Origin: an uncultured Clostridia bacterium
GTDB taxonomy: Bacteria > Bacillota > Clostridia > Christensenellales > CAG-314
NCBI GenBank assembly: GCA_934203075.1
Contig: CAKPYT010000046.1
Location: 5,531-69,530, forward strand
Reading direction: 5' to 3'
DNA length: 64,000 nt
Below the pieces are notes generated by a model. It worked only from the letters and a program-made list of their open reading frames with translations, was not told the origin of the DNA and did no database searches. The position numbers and the translations under genes were made by a program. Positions 57,214 through 64,000 of the stretch are shown piece after piece; the first letter of the stretch is position 1; each line of letters opens with the position of its first letter.

Positions 57214-58014
57214 ATGCAGGAAAAAAGAATAGCAGTTTTTATAGACGTGGATAATGCAGAACTCAATGCGGCGTCTTTTGACAAAGCGCTGGAATTGATC
57301 TCCGGCTTCGGCAGCGTGGTATACGGCAAGGTTTACGGCGCATCCGAGCGGAAACATAAAGAAATACTCAATCGCGTAGCGGAATACGGATTCGATCTGG
57401 CTCCCGTGATGCGGGTGAAAAAGCGCGGCAGCAAGCCGGCCGATCTGCGTATTTTTGTGGATGCAGTCGACGCGGTGTACAGTTTGCCTTCGGTGGATGC
57501 CATTGCGGTCCTTACCGGAAAGGGGGATCTCGTGCCGTTGTTCGCCAAGATGCGTGCGCTGGAAGTCAGCGTGCTGTCTCTTGCTTCCGAAGACGAAGCG
57601 GTCGCCCGGTTGATTGACGAAGTGCTGGAACTGGAGATTGCTCCGCAACCGGTAAAATACAATAATCCGCGTATCCGTCCGCAGCCTTTCGCGCCCGCAG
57701 CGGCCGAACCGGAAACGCAGGAGCCTGCCGCGGCGGAAGAGGAAAAGCCGACGGAACAACCACAACCGGCGGAAGAAACCCCGGTAGAAGAGCCCCGGGC
57801 GGAAGAAACCCCTGCTGCGGAAGCGGAGGCGCCGGCAGCGGAAGAAGCACAGCCCGTGCAGACCGTTCCGGAAGAATCCCCCCGTACAGGAATCGACGGA
57901 AACGAAATTACGCAGCAAATCGAAAAGGTGCGCGGGATGATGGACGGCGAAACGTCGGACGATACCGCAAAACTGTTGGATCAAATTCAAAAATTGATCG
58001 ACGAAGATCTGTAA
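57214..58014 (+). CDS. NYN-domain (LabA-like) protein with Pro/Glu/Ala-rich C-terminal region
   Basis: RIAVFIDVDNA...VYGKVYGA...DLRIFVDAVDAV...IAVLTGKGDLVPL is an NYN/LabA pattern. Start at the ATG at 57214, 8 nt after GGAGG. Confidence 0.8.
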   Translation: MQEKRIAVFIDVDNAELNAASFDKALELISGFGSVVYGKVYGASERKHKEILNRVAEYGFDLAPVMRVKKRGSKPADLRIFVDAVDAVYSLPSVDAIAVLTGKGDLVPLFAKMRALEVSVLSLASEDEAVARLIDEVLELEIAPQPVKYNNPRIRPQPFAPAAAEPETQEPAAAEEEKPTEQPQPAEETPVEEPRAEETPAAEAEAPAAEEAQPVQTVPEESPRTGIDGNEITQQIEKVRGMMDGETSDDTAKLLDQIQKLIDEDL

Positions 58015-58070
58015 TTTTTCGGGTGCGTTTTGCAAAAAACGCAAATCCCTCCGATCTGTTTTTCAAAGAC

Positions 58071-58099
58071 AAAGCCTGCTTTTTTGCAGGCTTTTTTTT
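58071..58099 (+). terminator. Rho-independent terminator
   Basis: AGCCTGC/GCAGGCT stem followed by T8. Confidence 0.85.
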
Positions 58100-58165
58100 G
58101 CTTCGGGCCAAAAGAAAGTTGCAGGGAGTAGCCTATCGCGAAACCCTGCTGCATACAGTATCGAT

Positions 58166-58420
58166 ATGAAGAGAATCAAATTTTTGACCTCGAACGTTAC
58201 GGGTCTCAGGGATCTCGCCGGGGAAAGTTATCGTGTCACCGGCGATTCTGCGGTGGAAGTGCAAGGGCACAGAGGCGTCGTGACTTTTTCCGCAGGGGAA
58301 GCGATATTGCAGTTTAAGGATTCCAAATTGTGCATCAGCGGCAAAGACGTGCAGTTTTTGTATCTATCCAAGGACTATGCTCAAATCATCGGGAAAGAAC
58401 TCAGGGTGGTGAAACAATGA
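58166..58420 (+). CDS. yqfC: sporulation protein YqfC (YabP family)
   Basis: 84 aa. Sequence ...VEVQGHRGVVTFSAGEAILQFKDSKLCISGKDVQFLYLSKD... parallels B. subtilis YqfC. Precedes yqfD. Confidence 0.85.
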   Translation: MKRIKFLTSNVTGLRDLAGESYRVTGDSAVEVQGHRGVVTFSAGEAILQFKDSKLCISGKDVQFLYLSKDYAQIIGKELRVVKQ

Positions 58421-59532
58421 ATCGTTTTTACGGGTACACTCGTTTTTGCGTGGAAGGTTTAAACCTGCATAAAATTCCGCAGTTGTTTGCCCGGGAGGGG
58501 ATCCCGCTGTTTCGCCTGAAGCGAAGCAAAAACGGTCGGGTTTGTTTTTGCGTGCACGGAAGCAATCGCGGGAAGGCAGTTGCGTTATTAACGGCAAAGT
58601 GCTATAATATTGCGGAACAAGAGGACTACGGGGCAGTTCTGTTCTGCTTGCGGCATCGTTTTCTTGCCGTGTGCCTGTTGGCGGTGCTGCTTGTCGTCTG
58701 TTCTGCTTCCGGTTTTGTGTGGAAAACGGAAATCGAGGGACAGAACAGCGAAGAGGCGTTGGCCGTGCTGCGGCAAGGCGGCGTTTCGGTGGGTACGCGC
58801 AAATCCGTTATCCGGCTGGATGAAGTCGAAACTTTGCTTTGTACCAGGGTTCGGGGCGTGGCAGTCGCGCGTGCCGAGCTTCGCGGTTGCGTGCTGTATG
58901 TCCGGTTGTTCGCAGCGGAAACAAAGCCTCCCGAAACGGAGGATCACGTACGGAAGGACGTGCTTTCTCCCGCCGACGGTGTGGTAGAAAGTATTTATGC
59001 CTCCGCCGGTACGCTTTTGGTGCAGGCGGGGGACGAAGTCAAAAAGGGACAGATCCTCATTGCCGGCTATCATACGTTCCCGGACGGAACACAGCGGGAC
59101 GAACGTGCCATGGGTGGAGTAACGCTGGCTGTTCGTGCCGAAGCAACGGTTTTGTTCGAACCTCAAAAAACCGTGGCGGAACGCACCGGAAAGGTATGGA
59201 AAGCAACGGGATTTCGACTTTTCGGGCATGAAGTACCTCCGATCGGAAAGAATCCTTTTAAAACCTATGAAACGGAAGAAACGGAGCATACTTTATGCAC
59301 GCTTCCTTTGATTTTTCGGTTTTGCACCGTATACGAAACCAGCCTGAAGAGGGTAGAGTGTTCGTACGAAGAGGAGTTGCCTCACTTGCAGGAGCAGGCA
59401 CTGGCCCTGGCAAAGCAAAAGGCGACGTTCGGAATCGAGCGGACGGAATACGAAACGTCCCGGGGAAATTCCGTAACGGCAATCGTGTGGGGAAAAGAGA
59501 CTTTCGTTTTTGAAAGAGAGGAAAAGGAATGA
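58417..59532 (+). CDS. yqfD: sporulation protein YqfD
   Basis: YTRFCVEGLNLHKIPQLFAREGIPLFRLKR, a central TM helix, and conserved yqfC-yqfD-phoH order. ATGA overlap at the start. Confidence 0.85.
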   Translation: MNRFYGYTRFCVEGLNLHKIPQLFAREGIPLFRLKRSKNGRVCFCVHGSNRGKAVALLTAKCYNIAEQEDYGAVLFCLRHRFLAVCLLAVLLVVCSASGFVWKTEIEGQNSEEALAVLRQGGVSVGTRKSVIRLDEVETLLCTRVRGVAVARAELRGCVLYVRLFAAETKPPETEDHVRKDVLSPADGVVESIYASAGTLLVQAGDEVKKGQILIAGYHTFPDGTQRDERAMGGVTLAVRAEATVLFEPQKTVAERTGKVWKATGFRLFGHEVPPIGKNPFKTYETEETEHTLCTLPLIFRFCTVYETSLKRVECSYEEELPHLQEQALALAKQKATFGIERTEYETSRGNSVTAIVWGKETFVFEREEKE

Positions 59533-60482
59533 AAGATAGAATTGCTGCAGAGGGAACGCAGTATTTGCAGGATATTTTCGGCAATTGCGATAAAAACATC
59601 CAAACGCTGTGCGACTTGTTGCAAGTAAAAGTGGTTACCGAACAGGGAGAGAGCTATTTTTCCGGAGACGATACGTCCGTACGTCTTGCACAGGCCGTGG
59701 TGCAGAAGTGCCTGAAACTGCTGCAAAAAGGCGGCACCGTGGATGAAATCCGCATGCGGTATGTTTGTGAATGTGCACTGGAAAATCGCCTGGACGAAAT
59801 CGACGAAATGCTGGACGATTCCGTAGGGGTAACTTTCCGCGGAAAAGTAATCAAGTGTAAAACCGTCGGACAAAAAAAATATGTGGACGCCATTCGCAAA
59901 AATACGGTGGTGTTCGGCATCGGTCCCGCGGGGACGGGCAAAACGTACCTTTCCGTGGTTGCTGCCGTAAAGGCGCTGAAGTCCAAAGCGGTGGAAAAAA
60001 TCATCCTGACGCGTCCGGCGGTAGAAGCCGGCGAAAAGTTAGGCTTCTTACCCGGGGATCTGCAAGAAAAAGTGAATCCGTATCTGCGCCCCTTGTACGA
60101 CGCTTTGCAGGAAATGCTCGGCCTGGAAAATTACGGGAAACTATTGGAAAAGGGCGTCATCGAAATTGCTCCGTTGGCATACATGCGCGGCAGAACGTTG
60201 AATCATGCGTTTATCATTTTGGACGAGGCACAAAACACGACGTGCGAACAGATGAAAATGTTCCTGACGCGTTTGGGGGAAGGCAGCAAAATGATCGTAA
60301 ACGGGGACCTTACGCAGATCGACCTGCCGGAAGGCAAGAAGAGCGGATTAAAGCACGCCGCATCTATTTTGAAAAACACTCCGGACATCGCCATTCAATA
60401 TTTTACGGAGAAGGACGTCGTCCGGCATCCGTTAGTACAACGGATTGTAAAAGCGTATGAAAATTCGGAAAAGAAATCTTAG
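59529..60482 (+). CDS. phoH: PhoH-family ATPase
   Basis: VFGIGPAGTGKTYL...ILTRPAVEAGEKLGFLPGDL...FIILDEAQN. Confidence 0.93.
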   Translation: MKDRIAAEGTQYLQDIFGNCDKNIQTLCDLLQVKVVTEQGESYFSGDDTSVRLAQAVVQKCLKLLQKGGTVDEIRMRYVCECALENRLDEIDEMLDDSVGVTFRGKVIKCKTVGQKKYVDAIRKNTVVFGIGPAGTGKTYLSVVAAVKALKSKAVEKIILTRPAVEAGEKLGFLPGDLQEKVNPYLRPLYDALQEMLGLENYGKLLEKGVIEIAPLAYMRGRTLNHAFIILDEAQNTTCEQMKMFLTRLGEGSKMIVNGDLTQIDLPEGKKSGLKHAASILKNTPDIAIQYFTEKDVVRHPLVQRIVKAYENSEKKS

Positions 60483-60497
60483 GAGGAGACGGTTGTT

Positions 60498-61928
60498 ATG
60501 AACCGGAAAGAAGTAAAAAAAATATCGAAAAATCTCGTTCTGTTCGTAGCGTTTCTCTACGTTACGATGGGCGTAGCAATTTTCTTTCTGTATTGCTTTC
60601 GTCGCAATGTGGATCTGAAAACGACTTTGACCTTCTTCGGAAGCATGGCTTTGATGTTCGTCAGCTTTTCGTTGGTTCTGTATTCCGTTTCCGGAAAGGT
60701 CTGTCAGTCTCTGAAATTGTTGATGGTGGATGCCGTTTGCATTCTCATCTCGTTTTTGTTGGTGCAGTTGATTTCCCGCACGTTTTCGCTGTATCTTGCG
60801 CCGTTTGCTCTGTGCGCCCTGTTGGTGTCGCTCCTGGTGCATGCGCGTATCGGCTTTGTATCCAATCTGATGGTGGTGATTTGTCATGTCCTGGCGGAGA
60901 TTACCTTCCGGGAAGCGGTCATCAGCAAAGAGATTCTGGTTTTCACCATTATTAACGGCGTGGTTGTCAGTATGATTGCCGCTTTTGCCGGCAGCAAACA
61001 TTTGCGTCGTTTGCACTACGTAATTACGGCAATCGCACTGGGGGTTGTCACGCTTGCCAACGGGCTCGTGAACCGGTTTATGTTTCAAATCGAAACGTTG
61101 CCTTTAACCACCATGGCAACCAACGCATTTTTCAGCGGCCCGGTGGACGTCATGCTGTTTTTCCTGCTTTCTCCCGTGATGGAGCGCGTGTTCAATCTGG
61201 TGACGGATTTCCGCCTGGCGGAACTTTCCAACACCAATCAACCTTTGTTGCGGAAGTTGCTGGATACCGCCCCGGGAACGTTTAACCATAGCTTGATGGT
61301 TGCCAATTATGCCGAAGCCTGTGCTTCCGCCCTGAACGAAAATCCGTATCTGGCACGTGCGGCAGGGTACTACCACGATATCGGCAAAATGAAGAATCCT
61401 TCGTATTTTACCGAAAATCAGGTAGACGGGTATAATCCGCACAACGAAATCACGCCGGAGATTTCCGTATCTTTCATAAAAAAACATACCATCAACGGGT
61501 ACGTCATGGCGCAGGAGCATCATCTTCCGCAGGAAATCTGCGATATCATCATCGAGCATCACGGAACAATGCCCGTGAAGTATTTCTATTTGAAGGCGCA
61601 AAAGTACGCGGAAGAAGAAATCAGTGCAACGGAGTATTCTTATTCCGGCCCGAAACCGCACACGAAGATGGCGGCAATCCTTATGATTTGCGATGCGTGC
61701 GAGGCGGCCCTGCGCACGCTGCAAAGAGACGAGAAAAGCAAGGCGGAAGCGCTCATCAAAAATATCATTCGCGAACGGCTGACCTATGGTCAGTTTGACG
61801 ATTGCCCCATCACGATGGAGGAACTTTCCACGATCGGCAGCGTGATTTCTACCACGTACCTCGGGGTGGCGCACGAGAGAATTCGCTATCAAGATCAAAA
61901 GAAAATGGAGACAGAAGATGAAAATTAA
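60498..61928 (+). CDS. 7TM-HD (HDIG) phosphohydrolase, PgpH/YqfF-like, lacking the N-terminal extracellular domain
   Basis: Multi-TM N-terminus then the HD domain (HSLMVANYAEACA...AGYYHDIGK...IIEHHG). Conserved position between phoH and ybeY. Confidence 0.85.
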   Translation: MNRKEVKKISKNLVLFVAFLYVTMGVAIFFLYCFRRNVDLKTTLTFFGSMALMFVSFSLVLYSVSGKVCQSLKLLMVDAVCILISFLLVQLISRTFSLYLAPFALCALLVSLLVHARIGFVSNLMVVICHVLAEITFREAVISKEILVFTIINGVVVSMIAAFAGSKHLRRLHYVITAIALGVVTLANGLVNRFMFQIETLPLTTMATNAFFSGPVDVMLFFLLSPVMERVFNLVTDFRLAELSNTNQPLLRKLLDTAPGTFNHSLMVANYAEACASALNENPYLARAAGYYHDIGKMKNPSYFTENQVDGYNPHNEITPEISVSFIKKHTINGYVMAQEHHLPQEICDIIIEHHGTMPVKYFYLKAQKYAEEEISATEYSYSGPKPHTKMAAILMICDACEAALRTLQRDEKSKAEALIKNIIRERLTYGQFDDCPITMEELSTIGSVISTTYLGVAHERIRYQDQKKMETEDEN

Positions 61929-62400
61929 CTTTAACGGGGCACGCTTCACGGAAAGGTGCCTGATCCGTAAGGTATGCGCATATGCGCTGAAAAAACTGGG
62001 GCAGCCGGATAAAGTCGAGTTCGACGTTACCTATCTGGACGAGGAAAAAATGCTAGGATTAAACGCTTCTTCCCGCGGGGTGGATTGTGTGACGGACGTA
62101 TTGAGTTTTCCTACGCTCGACGGGGGCAGAAAACCCCTGAAAATTGCCGAGCACAAGGAGGACGTCAACCCCGAAAACGGCAATTTGCTGTTGGGGGAAT
62201 TGTACCTTTGCCGCGCCGTGGTAAAGAAACAAGCGGCAGAGTACGGGCATAGCATGCGCAGGGAAAGTGCCTTTCTGGTTCTGCACGGGTTGCTGCATCT
62301 TTTGGGGTATGACCATCTCCAGCCGGAGGACGAGCAGCAAATGACGGCTCTGCAACGAGAAATTCTGGACGAATTGAAGATCACGAGAGAGGGAAAATGA
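61918..62400 (+). CDS. ybeY: rRNA maturation endoribonuclease YbeY
   Basis: VLHGLLHLLGYDH zinc motif. Confidence 0.92.
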   Translation: MKINFNGARFTERCLIRKVCAYALKKLGQPDKVEFDVTYLDEEKMLGLNASSRGVDCVTDVLSFPTLDGGRKPLKIAEHKEDVNPENGNLLLGELYLCRAVVKKQAAEYGHSMRRESAFLVLHGLLHLLGYDHLQPEDEQQMTALQREILDELKITREGK

Positions 62401-63311
62401 CGGATTTGCAAAAGAGTGAGTTTCATTCCGGTTTTTTTGCGCTGCTCGGTCGGCCGAATGCCGGGAAATCAACCTTATTGAACGCTCTGGTCGGGCAAAA
62501 GATCAGCATCGTCAGCCCGAAACCGCAAACCACGCGGGATAAAATTCTGGGAATCCGCACGGAGGAAAACAGCCAGATGATTTTTGTGGATACTCCCGGG
62601 GTTTTGCGCCCGCAAAACGTTTTGGGCGAGTATATGGCAAAAAGCATCGAACGCGGGGCGGAGGACGTCAACTGCGTTATCGTTGTGGTGGATTCATCCA
62701 AAGGCGTGCGTGAAGCGGACGAAAAACTCATCCGAAAGTACGGGATGCGAATTCCCGTGGTGGTGGTGATGAACAAAACGGATCTTGTCCCCCCGGACCG
62801 GATGATGGAAGAACTTTCCAAACTGAACGGTATGACGGAGGTTGCGGAGGTATATTCCGTTTCGGCTCGCAAGGGAAAGAACGTGGAACTGCTGCGCGAG
62901 GGGCTGAAAAAGTACCTGACGGATGACGTGCCGTATTTCGAGGAGGACGATATCACCGATAAATCGCAGCGATATCTTGCGGCGGAAATCATCCGGGAAA
63001 AGGTGCTGTTGCTGGTCAACGACGAGATCCCGCACGGCGTCGGGGTGCAGATTAACAAAATGACGTACGACCCCTCAAAAAAGATGTGGGAAATCGACGC
63101 AAATATTTTTGTGGAGAAGGCGTCCCACAAGCCGATCCTCATCGGGAAGGGCGGAAGCAAACTGAAACAAATCGGCAGTTACGCACGCGACTCCATAGAG
63201 CGTTTGCTGCAAGCCAGAGTTTTTCTTACGCTTTGGGTAAAAGTGAAGGAAGATTGGCGCAACAGCGACTTTTTGCTGAAAGAAGTGGGTTACGACAAAA
63301 AAGAACTTTAA
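62397..63311 (+). CDS. era: GTPase Era
   Basis: GFFALLGRPNAGKSTLLNAL, DTPG, NKTD and a C-terminal KH domain (ILIGKGGSKLKQIG). Confidence 0.96.
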   Translation: MTDLQKSEFHSGFFALLGRPNAGKSTLLNALVGQKISIVSPKPQTTRDKILGIRTEENSQMIFVDTPGVLRPQNVLGEYMAKSIERGAEDVNCVIVVVDSSKGVREADEKLIRKYGMRIPVVVVMNKTDLVPPDRMMEELSKLNGMTEVAEVYSVSARKGKNVELLREGLKKYLTDDVPYFEEDDITDKSQRYLAAEIIREKVLLLVNDEIPHGVGVQINKMTYDPSKKMWEIDANIFVEKASHKPILIGKGGSKLKQIGSYARDSIERLLQARVFLTLWVKVKEDWRNSDFLLKEVGYDKKEL

Positions 63312-63375
63312 TCGCAAAAATCGTAGGGTATGAAAGGGAAAAAACCGCCGCATACTATGGGTGTGAGGTGGAATT

Positions 63376-63495
63376 ATGAAAAACAAAAAAGAAGCAGAAG
63401 TTGTGTGGAAAATGTTTTGCGAAACGGGTAACCCGGCGTATTATTCTCTGTACAAGCGTCTGCAATCCTCGGAAGAATGGACGGAATCGTATTAA
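63376..63495 (+). CDS. yqzL: YqzL-family small protein (39 aa)
   Basis: Not in the ORF track (under 60 aa). Sequence is MKNKKEAEVVWKMFCETGNPAYYSLYKRLQSSEEWTESY. The W..F..TG....Y.LYK pattern and the era-yqzL-recO position match B. subtilis. Confidence 0.6.
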   Translation: MKNKKEAEVVWKMFCETGNPAYYSLYKRLQSSEEWTESY

Positions 63496-64000
63496 CCGCA
63501 TTGGTCTTAAAAGCGGTGGACTACAACGAAAACGATAAACTTGTCAGCTTGCTCACGCCGGATCGGGGAACCATCCTGGCGGCGTTGCGCGGCGTAAAAA
63601 AGGCAACGGCAAAAATGAAGTTTGCCGCACAGCCTTTTTGTTTTGCGGAATTTGTGCTGAGCGAACGCAGCGGCAGATACGTCGTGACGAACTGCAGCGA
63701 AATCGAAAGTTTTTACGATTTGCGCACGGATCTGGCGAAGTATTATGCCGCGTCCGTCGTGGCAGAGGCGGCCGGCGTGCTATCGCAGGAAAACCAGGCA
63801 GATCTTCCGTTGTTCCTTAGTGTTGTTCAGGCTCTGAAATCGCTGAGGGACGGGCAAACCCCTGCATTGGTGCTTTGTCGGTTTTTGTTGTCTGCTTTGC
63901 AGAATGCAGGTTTTGGCCTGCAATTGCAGGTGTGTGCGGAGTGCGGGGCCAAAACAACGACACCGGGCATGGATTATACGCGCGGAGGCATTGTCTGTGC
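63477..64000 (+). CDS. recO: DNA repair protein RecO (N-terminal part, continues beyond window)
   Basis: My translation reads MDGIVLTALVLKAVDYNENDKLVSLLTPDRGTILAALRGVKKATAKMKFAAQPFCFAEF...CAECG. It overlaps the yqzL 3' end. Confidence 0.85.
   Translation, partial: MDGIVLTALVLKAVDYNENDKLVSLLTPDRGTILAALRGVKKATAKMKFAAQPFCFAEFVLSERSGRYVVTNCSEIESFYDLRTDLAKYYAASVVAEAAGVLSQENQADLPLFLSVVQALKSLRDGQTPALVLCRFLLSALQNAGFGLQLQVCAECGAKTTTPGMDYTRGGIVC

Noticed and set aside
1-64000. A window-wide look for CRISPR arrays, IS elements or transposases, integrases, prophage genes, toxin-antitoxin pairs, restriction-modification systems and other known defence systems.
   Set aside because: I recognised none. There are no regularly spaced direct repeats, no DDE or serine/tyrosine recombinase motifs and no nuclease/ATPase defence-type pairs. 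The only repeats are the duplicated terminator module near tRNA-Gln and intragenic protein repeats.

Overview
This 64-kb window is mostly conserved core chromosome of a spore-forming Bacillota (Clostridia-like) organism. Genes are tightly packed and mainly on the + strand, and many stop/start pairs overlap by 4 nt (ATGA). Reading left to right: a partial M29 aminopeptidase (-), sdaAB-sdaAA, cyclophilin, HutD-like and CYTH genes, then ruvX with two DUF1292 genes. Next comes the block rpsB-tsf-pyrH-frr-uppS-cdsA-dxr-rseP-ispG, a PolC-like exonuclease gene, and rimP-nusA-ylxR-ylxQ-infB-rbfA-nrnA-truB-ribF. After these are an EndoIV-like gene, an Xaa-Pro peptidase and efp; redox genes; a lone tRNA-Gln (-); MGMT and DUF1846 genes; an ApbE-NusG_II fusion with a Gx-type membrane protein; and a HAD hydrolase. 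A small non-core patch follows at about 36.2-43.0 kb. It holds a transglutaminase-like/SAM-methyltransferase operon, two DUF4116 repeat proteins, a CofE-like ligase and a 70-aa Cys-rich microprotein. The rest is an ECF S-component with coaX, uvrB-uvrA, a LIV-type ABC transporter, pyk (-), an NYN-domain gene, and yqfC-yqfD-phoH-pgpH-like-ybeY-era-yqzL-recO (partial). I found no rRNA, CRISPR array, transposase, integrase, phage gene or known defence system. I cannot show a coherent new multi-gene system. The most interesting observations are listed here. (1) A PolC-derived protein without a polymerase sits in the polC slot. (2) An ORF-free, structured, GC-rich ~430-nt segment lies beside tRNA-Gln, bounded by two near-identical terminator modules. 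(3) A pseudoknot-capable leader precedes the methyltransferase/transglutaminase operon. (4) A Val/Ile/Leu-rich leader peptide plus terminator precedes the LIV transporter. (5) Two DUF4116 repeat genes lie in tandem. (6) There is a 70-aa Cys-rich microprotein. (7) Two DUF1292 paralogues carry Cys/His-rich tails. All functional calls come from reading the translations and from remembered family motifs; no database search was run.
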